Source: a virus
Lineage: Duplodnaviria; Caudoviricetes
DNA length: 54,708 nt
Virus record (IMG/VR): IMGVR_UViG_3300033415_000003
Span: 1-54,708 of that record
Direction: 5' to 3' (one strand)
In this document: piece after piece, positions 44,971 to 54,376 of the stretch
How the letters are laid out: each line of letters starts with the position of its first letter
Numbering within the stretch: the first letter of the stretch is position 1
The notes under the pieces: model-generated
What the model was told of the DNA's origin: nothing
Databases searched by the model: none
What the model saw: the letters and a program-made list of their open reading frames with translations, nothing else
Made by a program: the position numbers and the translations under genes

Positions 44971-45611
44971 TAATATTTTAATGTGAACGTTTGTTTCTTT
45001 ATTTGATCAATTTCTTTTTTCTTTATGATAATAAGATTTGATAATGATTTCCATTTTTCTAAATCACGATCTCTTTGATAGCCTTTTACTTCGACATACT
45101 TATCAAGATCAATTAAATAAAAATCTGGAAAATATGAATGAACTTTATTATTCCATATATAAGGAAATGATTTTTTATTTCTTTCCCACTTAATAGAATT
45201 ATTATCAAACCAATTAACTACTTCTAATTCCCACGAACTATCTAATGTTATTTCATTTGAATATTTTATTTTTTTACACCTTCCATTTACATTAGATGCT
45301 CGATAAGAATCAGGATATTTTAATACAGCTTTTCTCATTGATTCTGATAAATTTTTTCTTCTTTTATCCGACCATTTTTGAGATGATGTAGATTTTCCAA
45401 TTTTTAACCTTGTTTCAACAGATATAATTGGGGTTGGTAATCCAAGATTCTTTGCATAAGTAAATTGATTTTCAGATGATCTTCCCCAAAAAGGATTTAA
45501 TTTGCCATTTTTATCAAATTTTTCTATTTTATATGGGTTAAACCTACATTTTATCTCATGATTATTTAGTTTAGCTTTCGGAATAAACTCATTACAAAAT
45601 TTACAATTCAT
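44970..45611 (-). CDS. putative PD-(D/E)XK homing endonuclease with NUMOD3-like repeats
   Basis: DSSWE...WE....F.Y......SYFPDFYL...YVEVKG; SVETRLKIG and WSDKRRKNLS repeats. Confidence 0.8.
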   Translation of the reverse strand: MNCKFCNEFIPKAKLNNHEIKCRFNPYKIEKFDKNGKLNPFWGRSSENQFTYAKNLGLPTPIISVETRLKIGKSTSSQKWSDKRRKNLSESMRKAVLKYPDSYRASNVNGRCKKIKYSNEITLDSSWELEVVNWFDNNSIKWERNKKSFPYIWNNKVHSYFPDFYLIDLDKYVEVKGYQRDRDLEKWKSLSNLIIIKKKEIDQIKKQTFTLKY

Positions 45612-45612
45612 T

Positions 45613-45626
45613 TTTATTTTATATAT
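45613..45626 (-). promoter_or_regulatory. putative late-promoter motif ATATATAAAATAAA (copy 3)
   Basis: Identical 14-mer just 5' of the endonuclease ATG. Confidence 0.5.
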
Positions 45627-45691
45627 TCAGAGAATATATAAAATAATGGAGGTTATTGCTCTAACTTATTAAATTTAAAAGAACAATATGT

Positions 45692-45937
45692 TTATTTTGT
45701 TTTTTCGATATGTTCTCTATTATCAAGAATACATTTTACCATTACAAGATGTCCATAACTTTCATTCGACATCTGTTCGTATGCTTCTTCTTCCATTCTG
45801 AATTTTGCTCTTCTCTTTTCTGCTTCTTTTTCCAAATTAGATTGGAGTTTTTTCTCTCTGGTAAAAGCTTTCTTATAATAAGCTAACAACCTTTTTGTTG
45901 ATAAAGATTCAGCTAATTCTTTATTTATACGTGTCAT
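45692..45937 (-). CDS. hypothetical protein
   Basis: TKRLLAYYK...LDNREHI. Confidence 0.6.
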   Translation of the reverse strand: MTRINKELAESLSTKRLLAYYKKAFTREKKLQSNLEKEAEKRRAKFRMEEEAYEQMSNESYGHLVMVKCILDNREHIEKTK

Positions 45938-46133
45938 TATTCTGTTTATTAGGTTCTGTTTGAAAATCCAAAATTACTGTTTTTGGCAAATGCAAAAATT
46001 GTTGAGTTCTTGTCATAGAAGGGCATTTAAACGCTTGGACAACATTTGTACCCCACACCCAAAGAATTAATACAATAATTAGCCAATATCCAATTTCTTT
46101 AATTAATTTCCTTTCCTTTATCCAATTTTTCAT
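45921..46133 (-). CDS. small membrane protein
   Basis: One TM helix. Confidence 0.6.
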   Translation of the reverse strand: MKNWIKERKLIKEIGYWLIIVLILWVWGTNVVQAFKCPSMTRTQQFLHLPKTVILDFQTEPNKQNNDTYK

Positions 46134-46147
46134 AACTTGTTATATTT

Positions 46148-46197
46148 ATTTCTTATACAAATATAATAATTAAAAATGAATTAATAAAATCTTTTAT
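46148..46197 (-). repeat. 50-bp direct repeat containing the TATATTTG promoter (copy 1)
   Basis: Identical to 47261-47310. Confidence 0.9.
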
Positions 46198-46247
46198 GCA
46201 TTAGTTTTAAATAAGTTTCAAGAACTATAATAAACTAATGCATAAAA
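46192..46247. terminator. 16-bp inverted repeat after the lipoprotein cassette
   Basis: TTTTATGCATTAGTTT / AAACTAATGCATAAAA. Confidence 0.55.
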
Positions 46248-46252
46248 TTAAA

Positions 46253-46687
46253 CTAATTAGAAATATAAGGTTTGTAACTTTTAGGCAAAGGTTGAGTAGC
46301 ACCAGATGGAAGTGTTCCTATATTACAAAATGACCAGTTAATCTTTGACATTTGACTATTGTATTCAGCAGCTAATCCATTATAACTCGACTTAACTCCA
46401 GCCAATTCAGCCATCCATATTGATAACTGTTCTCTGTCATCTCTTGCCCATTCAGAACGTTTTAAACCCGCATAAGACTCCATGAGAGATTTATTTTTTT
46501 CTTCATAAACTGCAATGTCTGCAATTTTTTTATCAAGCTGCGCACTAGCATCTTTAAACCATTCATATTTCTTTAGTAATGCGCTTGCTTTAGTTTGATT
46601 GTACAATGTGTCAGCTGCATTATTGCCATATCTACAATTTGTAAATATAAATGCTATGCTAATCAATAATATGATTAATTTTTTCAT
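46253..46687 (-). CDS. putative lipoprotein / exported coiled-coil protein
   Basis: Signal peptide ending FTNC; KYEWFK...AEYNSQMSK.N. Confidence 0.7.
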   Translation of the reverse strand: MKKLIILLISIAFIFTNCRYGNNAADTLYNQTKASALLKKYEWFKDASAQLDKKIADIAVYEEKNKSLMESYAGLKRSEWARDDREQLSIWMAELAGVKSSYNGLAAEYNSQMSKINWSFCNIGTLPSGATQPLPKSYKPYISN

Positions 46688-46688
46688 G

Positions 46689-47231
46689 CTAAAGAATTTC
46701 TAAATTTAAAACTATATTCTTAACTGCCAATGGCTGATCAGATATATGAAGCATTTCATTACCACCTTTATAGTGTTGATGATAAAATCCCTTTGAATCA
46801 AACCAATAGATATATTCTACTGATCCTCCGTACATTCCATCATCACCCATAACCTCGTTTGTTAAATATGATCTACCATTAATAATAACTTTATTATATG
46901 AAGAACTTATATCTGCTGATGCTTCACCTATCACAGTTAATGGAGTAAGCCGTTTTCCTGAAGATGTAACTTTTCCTTTTACGGTAGAATATAAGAGCAC
47001 CTGTCCAGAATATTCAGAAATAACATATAAATGTTTAATAGATCCCGGTAAATTATCTCTATGAAGTCGTTCAGCATAATTTGCTTGTTCAACAGTATTT
47101 CCATCAACGTTGGTAACAACCGAAACATCCATCTTTTTTACACCTGAATTAGATACAGCATCACGAGGAATAGATTCTTCACATGAAGATAAGGAAAACA
47201 CAACGAACAAAATTAATAATAAATTTTTCAT
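46689..47231 (-). CDS. lipoprotein
   Basis: Lipobox LSSC; KGKVTSSGKRLTP, DDGMYG..YIYWF. Confidence 0.75.
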   Translation of the reverse strand: MKNLLLILFVVFSLSSCEESIPRDAVSNSGVKKMDVSVVTNVDGNTVEQANYAERLHRDNLPGSIKHLYVISEYSGQVLLYSTVKGKVTSSGKRLTPLTVIGEASADISSSYNKVIINGRSYLTNEVMGDDGMYGGSVEYIYWFDSKGFYHQHYKGGNEMLHISDQPLAVKNIVLNLEIL

Positions 47232-47260
47232 GATTAAATTAATTAATGATTAATAATTAA

Positions 47261-47310
47261 ATTTCTTATACAAATATAATAATTAAAAATGAATTAATAA
47301 AATCTTTTAT
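47261..47310 (-). repeat. 50-bp direct repeat containing the TATATTTG promoter (copy 2)
   Basis: Identical to 46148-46197. Confidence 0.9.
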
Positions 47311-47330
47311 AATAAAGTTATTAACTATTT

Positions 47331-48785
47331 TTAAAATGGTAATTTACCATCAATGTCGTTATAATATTCTACCATTTTTTCAATGTCAGTCTTCGTAAAT
47401 GTACCCGAACCATATGTAACAGAGTTAACATATCTATTAGAATTATCGTCACTTTCATTCATAAGTTTCCGAATAGAATATATGATTTCTTTACTGATTT
47501 GTGCACATCCAAATTCTACATGAGTATCAAAAAATTCACCAGTATATCCATTTATAATTATAGATGGACAAGACGGCACAATTTCTGCCCATTTTCCGTC
47601 AGCATATAATATCCTATCATAAGCAGTATTACCATATTTAGCAAGTCCGTCAGTATCAAAATCTCTGCCTTCGTCAGTTAATGATGTTATTGCAACATCA
47701 TGACCCTGTCTATTACCAATTACAAAATTATCATTAGTAACAATACATCTTTTAGATTTACTTGGATTATCAATATGTACAGGTAAAAAAATTGTGCCAA
47801 CTGGATATCTCTTTTTAACTTCTACAAGAAGCTCATTATCCAAATATTGTTGAATTTCTGCTTCCGTTGGCTTTCTTATATCAAGACACCATGAATTATC
47901 AACAGAATAATATAATTTATCTATTGAATCAAGCTTTCCGATATATCCAATGAATGCTTTATTATTTGTAATTTCTTTAGTTACAACAACAATTTCGCCA
48001 AGTTCAAATTGAACATTTTCTTCTCTATAAACCGGTTCCCACTGTTCTACAATTTCTTTTGGCAAACAACACATTTCATTGTCATTAATAACAGAACTAT
48101 TCTCATTTGCAGGAGAATAATAAGCACTAACAGGATAATAATTATCACTATTAACAACGTACATATACATTGTATCTTTTAATACTTTTCCACCAAACAT
48201 ATTAATAGGAGCCAAATAGCCTAAAATTATTTTCATAGAAGAATGTGTATTATTTAAAATATTTTTATCAAACTCAGCAAAACTTATTTCTACACCGTGA
48301 TAAGAACTACCAAATGAAAGTCCTGGTCTAACCCCATTATATTTTGCATCTATAATAGATTCGTTAAGATCGTTATGAGAACTTATACTTTTCCAATAAC
48401 GCGATAATTTATCATAACAATTATCTCCATTCAACATTTCACGATAATATGCTGCAACAATGTCGCATTCTTCAGATGACAATTTTTCAATATTAATGTA
48501 CCATTTTTCTGGAAATGGATTTAATACAAGATTTTTAAAATCTTCCAAACTTATTTCAACAGAATTTTCATTGTGCCAGTCTGCGTATTCAGCAAAATCT
48601 GCATTACAAATATCTTCATGTGACGTAATACTAACGCCACGACTAGTATGAGATCTTAAATACTTCCATCCAGCTTGATTTCTGGCATAACAAGTACTGG
48701 CACATTTTTTGTCATAATACGGGCCTACTATAGCTATAGTATCAGAATTAAGAACTATATGCCATCTTTCAGGTAATTTATTCAT
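47331..48785 (-). CDS. modular phage protein with tandem PE(R/K)W...EIS modules
   Basis: LPERWHI...VEISLEDFKNLVLN / FPEKWYI...VEISFAEFDKNILN. Confidence 0.75.
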   Translation of the reverse strand: MNKLPERWHIVLNSDTIAIVGPYYDKKCASTCYARNQAGWKYLRSHTSRGVSITSHEDICNADFAEYADWHNENSVEISLEDFKNLVLNPFPEKWYINIEKLSSEECDIVAAYYREMLNGDNCYDKLSRYWKSISSHNDLNESIIDAKYNGVRPGLSFGSSYHGVEISFAEFDKNILNNTHSSMKIILGYLAPINMFGGKVLKDTMYMYVVNSDNYYPVSAYYSPANENSSVINDNEMCCLPKEIVEQWEPVYREENVQFELGEIVVVTKEITNNKAFIGYIGKLDSIDKLYYSVDNSWCLDIRKPTEAEIQQYLDNELLVEVKKRYPVGTIFLPVHIDNPSKSKRCIVTNDNFVIGNRQGHDVAITSLTDEGRDFDTDGLAKYGNTAYDRILYADGKWAEIVPSCPSIIINGYTGEFFDTHVEFGCAQISKEIIYSIRKLMNESDDNSNRYVNSVTYGSGTFTKTDIEKMVEYYNDIDGKLPF

Positions 48786-48791
48786 ACTTTA

Positions 48792-49430
48792 TTATTTAAT
48801 TATTTCAAAAACTTCAAAATTTCCAGTTTCAATTTCTATTTTATAAACACCTTGTTTGTAATCTTTATTATACTCGTTTTGTACAAATAAAAATTTATCT
48901 GACTTCAGTATACTTCCACCATATTTTAATATGATAGTATTTGTTTTAAGATTTCTAATAGTATTATCTACACCAAGTAAACAACCACCATATAAATAAG
49001 GATAGCTAGTCATTCGTTCAGCTTCATATACTACAATTCCATCTTTATTTACAACGCAATGAATGCCTGAACTAAACTCCCATTTTGGATCGGTTGATTT
49101 AGGTGGTTTACCAGTTCGTGACAATTTTTTCTTCGTATAAACAATAAGATCTATATAATCTCCCTTCCAATTTCCGCCTAATCCACCTTTTCTAAATATT
49201 TTATCGGATATTTTATTATCTTCTTTATACAAATAAGAGTAATTACTACGATTGTTATCTAAATCTTCTAGTGGAACTAAATAATAACCTTCACCTAATT
49301 TTTCCCATCCTTTTTCTTGAAATTTATCCAATTTTGGAGATGGAAACATATTATCCATCATTGATTGAATGATCTCAACATGGTTAGTACTCAAATTCAA
49401 CGAGTTAGCAAAATATTTTAAATAATTCAT
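48792..49430 (-). CDS. hypothetical protein
   Basis: ORF. Confidence 0.65.
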   Translation of the reverse strand: MNYLKYFANSLNLSTNHVEIIQSMMDNMFPSPKLDKFQEKGWEKLGEGYYLVPLEDLDNNRSNYSYLYKEDNKISDKIFRKGGLGGNWKGDYIDLIVYTKKKLSRTGKPPKSTDPKWEFSSGIHCVVNKDGIVVYEAERMTSYPYLYGGCLLGVDNTIRNLKTNTIILKYGGSILKSDKFLFVQNEYNKDYKQGVYKIEIETGNFEVFEIIK

Positions 49431-49482
49431 TGTGTGTTGTTTAAAATTTTGAACAAACTAATCAAATGTTATATTGTAACAA

Positions 49483-49680
49483 TTAATGAACATCACAATA
49501 TTCCATTATAATTGATAATGCTTCTTCATAACTATCTGAGCTAAAACATTTTGAAGACATTTCTTTTGCTTCATAATATTGTCCTACATTTTTTAAAGCG
49601 CTTGACGCAATACTTATTAAACTAAATATATTGCCATCTTTACCAGATAATTTTACTTTTGGCTTATTTTTACCGTCCAT
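49483..49680 (-). CDS. conserved small phage protein (GxDGN motif)
   Basis: LSGKDGNIFSLI...SYEEAL; promoter at 49701. Confidence 0.7.
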   Translation of the reverse strand: MDGKNKPKVKLSGKDGNIFSLISIASSALKNVGQYYEAKEMSSKCFSSDSYEEALSIIMEYCDVH

Positions 49681-49752
49681 GATATTAAAATTTTGATATG
49701 CAAATTTAATAATAAATAATGAAAATTTAAAATCTTTTAAAATAAATATTTA

Positions 49753-50253
49753 TTAACTTATGATATTATAAGTGTTAATAAATATTTTTCTTCGTACTAT
49801 CCAGACATCAGATTTATCTTCTCTGTTACGACAAATATAATCTCCTATTTCTGCTTTTTGAATATTAATTGTAACATCTTGTGATATTACTAATTCTTCT
49901 CCCCAATGACCCTTGATAAATAAATCTTTACCAACATAGCTTTTATCTATTTCAAAACATTCGACTGAATTATCTGGTTTTGGCTCACATATCATCCATC
50001 CGTCTTTATCAATATCGGTCACATTATATTTTTTAATGAGATTTTTAGGCATTTGTTGCCAAATATCGTTACTTTCTCCTATACAAATAACTGAACCGTC
50101 GCCAAGATTTTCCTTACCTTCAAGCGTATCAACTAAAAATTTACTCAATACACTTCTATCCACCATTATAGATAATAATGGTTTTGCTTTTATATTTTTT
50201 GTCTTTTTTGCTATCTGCCAATTAACAATTTCTTCAACATTAATTTGTTTCAT
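49753..50253 (-). CDS. PGDYG-like domain protein
   Basis: TLEG, GDYIC...WIVRRKIF.NTY. Confidence 0.6.
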   Translation of the reverse strand: MKQINVEEIVNWQIAKKTKNIKAKPLLSIMVDRSVLSKFLVDTLEGKENLGDGSVICIGESNDIWQQMPKNLIKKYNVTDIDKDGWMICEPKPDNSVECFEIDKSYVGKDLFIKGHWGEELVISQDVTINIQKAEIGDYICRNREDKSDVWIVRRKIFINTYNIIS

Positions 50254-50257
50254 TTGC

Positions 50258-50617
50258 TTAATTTAATAATTCTAATTTTTTTTGTAATTCACTTTGTGTT
50301 TTATCAGTCAAGATTAGTTTAAATGTTTCATTAGACATTCCATAGACTGGACAATCGTTTAACTTATTTTTATCAATTAAACATTTTGCGCGACTAACAA
50401 ATTGAGATGACGCATCATCAGGATCATCAATAATTCGGGCTATACATTTTTTATCGTTAAGAAGACACTTACAATATTTATTACAATCACCTGATAAATG
50501 ATAATCATAATTTTCATTTGTTAAAGCTGGACAAGTTTCTCCAATTACTGTATTTTTTACTTTTTTACTTTTCATTGTATTTAATCTATAAGTTTTAAAA
50601 TTCCCACTATTACACAA
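50258..50617 (-). CDS. cysteine-rich hypothetical protein
   Basis: ORF. Confidence 0.6.
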   Translation of the reverse strand: MCNSGNFKTYRLNTMKSKKVKNTVIGETCPALTNENYDYHLSGDCNKYCKCLLNDKKCIARIIDDPDDASSQFVSRAKCLIDKNKLNDCPVYGMSNETFKLILTDKTQSELQKKLELLN

Positions 50618-50735
50618 ATTCCTCCTAATATAGGAGCATCAACACAAAATAATGATATACCAGCTATAAATAATAATATTGCTGCACGTTCGTTATGACT
50701 TAATTTCATTTTTTATTTGGTTAAGATTGAATTTA

Positions 50736-51650
50736 TTAACTTATGATATTATAATGTTTATTAAATTTTTCAAGAGTTTTAATTGCTGAACTACTTATAT
50801 GTTCAAATTCTCTATCACAAAAAATAGATACAAGTTTTATAGAAGGATCAAAATCTTGTAAAAATCTATATTGATTTATTTCATACTGCAAATCAGTAGT
50901 ATTTCTAAGTCCTCTAATTACAGTAACGTCATACCCTAATTTTTTAACGAAATCTGTAAGCAAACCATCATATATTTCTATTTGTCGATTTAGTAATATA
51001 TCAGGCAATTTTTCTATACTGCCAGATTTATCAGGATTAATACCACGAGCTATAATAACTTTGTCAAATATTTTCTCAGCTTTTGTTAAAATATTTAAAT
51101 GACCGATATGAAAAGGGTTAAATGAACCTGGATATACAGCAATATTCGGCTTTTGACGTTTTACTGCGCTAATATAAATTGGATTGACATTATATTTTTC
51201 AAGAAATTTTATTCTATTTTCTTGATAAACTGACCAATCGAGATATTGATATTCTTTTGCAATATTATTGGTATTTGTCATAAATGTATCAAAATCTGAA
51301 TATAATCCCGACATATCAAGATCACATAGCAATGAAGAAAGCCTAGTAGATGGTACATGATCTTTAGTTTCCAATATAGCATGTTTAATAAATTCATTTG
51401 GTATTAATGAATAAAATAAATCTGCAGATCTTTCTTCATTATCAGTACGATGTGGATCATATATAATATCATGAAATAATATTGCTAGAAATAAATCATG
51501 ACTAAGACAACCTCTATTTTTAGCCTTTTCTAATAAATCAATTATATGATTTAAATTATGATAAAATCTGTGAGGCTCATTATATCTAGACAATACCATA
51601 TCTACAGGTATATTATATCTATTTAACATGTCAATAATTCTATATAACAT
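50736..51650 (-). CDS. HD-like phosphohydrolase fused to CoaD-like (phosphopantetheine) adenylyltransferase
   Basis: RFYHNLNHI, FHDIIYDP, DNEERSA, DLD; AVYPGSFNPFHIGH, RGLRN..D..YE, ISSSAIK. Confidence 0.85.
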   Translation of the reverse strand: MLYRIIDMLNRYNIPVDMVLSRYNEPHRFYHNLNHIIDLLEKAKNRGCLSHDLFLAILFHDIIYDPHRTDNEERSADLFYSLIPNEFIKHAILETKDHVPSTRLSSLLCDLDMSGLYSDFDTFMTNTNNIAKEYQYLDWSVYQENRIKFLEKYNVNPIYISAVKRQKPNIAVYPGSFNPFHIGHLNILTKAEKIFDKVIIARGINPDKSGSIEKLPDILLNRQIEIYDGLLTDFVKKLGYDVTVIRGLRNTTDLQYEINQYRFLQDFDPSIKLVSIFCDREFEHISSSAIKTLEKFNKHYNIIS

Positions 51651-51656
51651 AATTAT

Positions 51657-52241
51657 TTAATTAAGACGATTAGATTTAACAAATTTAATACTTTTTATTA
51701 TAGCTTTTTTTCTAGCTTTTTTATACGTAGAATACAAATTAAATTCTGAAAGTTTTTTTCCTTTTAATTCAATACCAATCCTTTTAACGGCATTATCTAT
51801 AATCCCGTTATATAAATTTTCTTTTGTTGATATACTAACTTCATAAAAAACTTCATTAATATCTTTAGGCTGATTCATGTATGATGTAATTGCAATATGT
51901 ACATCATATTTAACTCTAAACCAATCTATTACATCTTGCCAAAGTGGTGCCGAATAAACAATGTCAAATTCATTGCCTTCACCATCAACTTCATCAAAAA
52001 ATTTATTAAAATTATATTCTATTATTGAATCCATTAAATCAAATTTAGTTAGACTATTACAAAATGTTGATAATGGTTCAATATTATATATGTCATCTAA
52101 TTTTAAGGGATTTAATTGTAATGTATATCCATCTAATGATGATTTATACCATACAGCTATACACGGTTCAGTAAACCCCAAGTCTTTAAGCTCTACAGCA
52201 ATTTTAAATGGTACAAACTTTTTTTCTATATCACTTTTCAT
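51657..52241 (-). CDS. phage hypothetical protein, APLWQQ family paralog 3
   Basis: KFVPFKIAVELKDLGFTEPC...APLWQDVIDWFR. Confidence 0.7.
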   Translation of the reverse strand: MKSDIEKKFVPFKIAVELKDLGFTEPCIAVWYKSSLDGYTLQLNPLKLDDIYNIEPLSTFCNSLTKFDLMDSIIEYNFNKFFDEVDGEGNEFDIVYSAPLWQDVIDWFRVKYDVHIAITSYMNQPKDINEVFYEVSISTKENLYNGIIDNAVKRIGIELKGKKLSEFNLYSTYKKARKKAIIKSIKFVKSNRLN

Positions 52242-52577
52242 TTATTTTATGTAAATTTTTGATGGAAAACATCCAAATACAAACTTTGTAACATCGCATA
52301 ACCAAACAGCAAAATCAACATTTTTGCCTGTTAAATGATAGATACCCCCATCATATGCTTCTTCTAAAAAATTTAATAAATAGTCATATCCTTTAAATTC
52401 TTCTTCAGATAAGGTTAGAACGACTTCATTTTTTTCTTGTGCGATATAATCTAACATTGTATCCGCGCCCATGACCATTTCAAGATCTTCTTTACTTCCT
52501 TGCCATTCAGGTATCACAGCAAACCATCTATAATCATTTTCTCTAACAAATTTAAAACTTTTCATTTTATTTGCCAT
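52242..52577 (-). CDS. conserved hypothetical protein (DUF6717-like)
   Basis: LEMVMGADTMLD, WLCDVT..VFG.FP..IY. Confidence 0.6.
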   Translation of the reverse strand: MANKMKSFKFVRENDYRWFAVIPEWQGSKEDLEMVMGADTMLDYIAQEKNEVVLTLSEEEFKGYDYLLNFLEEAYDGGIYHLTGKNVDFAVWLCDVTKFVFGCFPSKIYIK

Positions 52578-52828
52578 TTGAATGTAAGTACTGCATGTAA
52601 ATATTCTTTTTGCAGAATAGAATCGTCTTTAAATAAAGATAACTGTTCAAGCATTCGTTGATAATATTTTCCACAATCAAAATATTCTTCAGCTGATAAT
52701 TTTTCACAATTATAAACTTTATCAATAAGTGTTCTTGTATGATTATCGCCCTTTATGTGCGGGTGTTGACGATCAGCCAAATCATATAATAGATTTAATT
52801 CTTTTTCACCCATACTAAATGTTGCCAT
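52562..52828 (-). CDS. hypothetical protein
   Basis: ORF. Confidence 0.55.
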   Translation of the reverse strand: MATFSMGEKELNLLYDLADRQHPHIKGDNHTRTLIDKVYNCEKLSAEEYFDCGKYYQRMLEQLSLFKDDSILQKEYLHAVLTFKWQIK

Positions 52829-52892
52829 GCTAAATTTTTTTACTGGTATATAATATATGTAGTTTCACAAAAGTATTACAAATTTGTATATT

Positions 52893-53087
52893 CTATAGGT
52901 AACGCAGTACTGACAACCTATTATGATATCGAGCTTCTGCATCATACCATTCTCCATATGATATATGATCTTCATCATTAAATATAGAATTATTATAATT
53001 CTCCCAATTTGATTTTACTATCTTTTCAAATTCTTCATTAGAAAGTTCATTTATTTCTTTTTCAGATAATGTATCAAAGTTTTTCAT
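52893..53087 (-). CDS. hypothetical protein
   Basis: ORF. Confidence 0.5.
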   Translation of the reverse strand: MKNFDTLSEKEINELSNEEFEKIVKSNWENYNNSIFNDEDHISYGEWYDAEARYHNRLSVLRYL

Positions 53088-53416
53088 TTTCTAATTGATT
53101 CTAGATATGTTAAACATAATTGTAATGATGTATCTTGTTCTAATATGTTAAGATCATCTATATAAAATGGCCAAAATCCGTTTTCACACCAAATAAATTC
53201 CTTTTTATTATGATCAATACATATGTAATCTTCATCTCCACCCGTACAATTTGGAACTTCTATGTAACCATCTCGTATAAGTTTAGTGACAAAATTTTTC
53301 CATACATTAGGTATTTTACTATACCACTCATTAAAACTTCCAATAAAGTCAAATTTTGATATAGTAACTATAGAAAATCTTTTTGATTTAGTAGTCTTTG
53401 TATTTAATTTACACAT
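53084..53416 (-). CDS. hypothetical protein
   Basis: ORF. Confidence 0.55.
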   Translation of the reverse strand: MCKLNTKTTKSKRFSIVTISKFDFIGSFNEWYSKIPNVWKNFVTKLIRDGYIEVPNCTGGDEDYICIDHNKKEFIWCENGFWPFYIDDLNILEQDTSLQLCLTYLESIRK

Positions 53417-53427
53417 AGAATTTTTTA

Positions 53428-53838
53428 TTATTTATATTTGATAAAATAACCATAGTTTTCATCAATTTCTAAGAATCCTACATATAAATTTGCATTCCAA
53501 CTACAAAATGGACCAAAAAAAGATTGACCTATTTCATAAATCACTTCAACTTGGCTATTATGCCTTGACATATCTGATGGAAAAATATCATATTTGTCTT
53601 TATCATACAAATGGAAATCATTTGAAAATTTATAATTAGCATGAAACGAATACCAACAAAACTGATCTATAGTAAACAATGTTTTACTTTCAATTAAGTT
53701 TGAAATCATAATAGGCAATACAATATTTATGAATGGAATAGTTAGAATTTTTTTATTCTTTATCTTATTCCACCCTTTATTTAGATTAGCTGCACCTATC
53801 GCTAATCCACCAAATGCATTGTCTACATATTGTTTCAT
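53428..53838 (-). CDS. hypothetical protein
   Basis: ORF. Confidence 0.55.
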   Translation of the reverse strand: MKQYVDNAFGGLAIGAANLNKGWNKIKNKKILTIPFINIVLPIMISNLIESKTLFTIDQFCWYSFHANYKFSNDFHLYDKDKYDIFPSDMSRHNSQVEVIYEIGQSFFGPFCSWNANLYVGFLEIDENYGYFIKYK

Positions 53839-53848
53839 TTATCAATGT

Positions 53849-54376
53849 TTATTCATAATTTTCATCAAACTCTTTATTACAAGTTGACAATATAGATTTG
53901 AGCTCGTCTTCTTTTTGTTTTTCTATTTTAGCTTTGTTGTTTATATTTTCTATAATACTTTCGTATCTTTCACCAATTGTACTATTTGTATTTAATAATT
54001 CATCATGCATTAATCGTAATTTATCTTCATCACCAATAATAATATCAACAGTCGTTTTGTATTTCCACTCATATATATTTATTGGATATAACAATATATT
54101 AGTTAACCATTTAATTTTCTTATATTCTACCCATGATAGCTCCCATTTTTCTATTCTATATAGATGATCATAAAAACTACTATAATTATTAACTATTTTA
54201 TAAATAGGATCAATTTTAGTTTCGTATATTTTATTCTTCTTTTTGTAAATGTTAATATGGTTTTTATTATCTATATAATGATATAACACCATAGTAAATA
54301 TAGCTAAAATAAAATAAGCTAATATAGATAATAAAATACTAGCTGCATTCAATGTATAAATATCTTCATTACTCAT
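53849..54376 (-). CDS. membrane-anchored hypothetical protein
   Basis: N-terminal TM helix. Confidence 0.6.
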   Translation of the reverse strand: MSNEDIYTLNAASILLSILAYFILAIFTMVLYHYIDNKNHINIYKKKNKIYETKIDPIYKIVNNYSSFYDHLYRIEKWELSWVEYKKIKWLTNILLYPINIYEWKYKTTVDIIIGDEDKLRLMHDELLNTNSTIGERYESIIENINNKAKIEKQKEDELKSILSTCNKEFDENYE

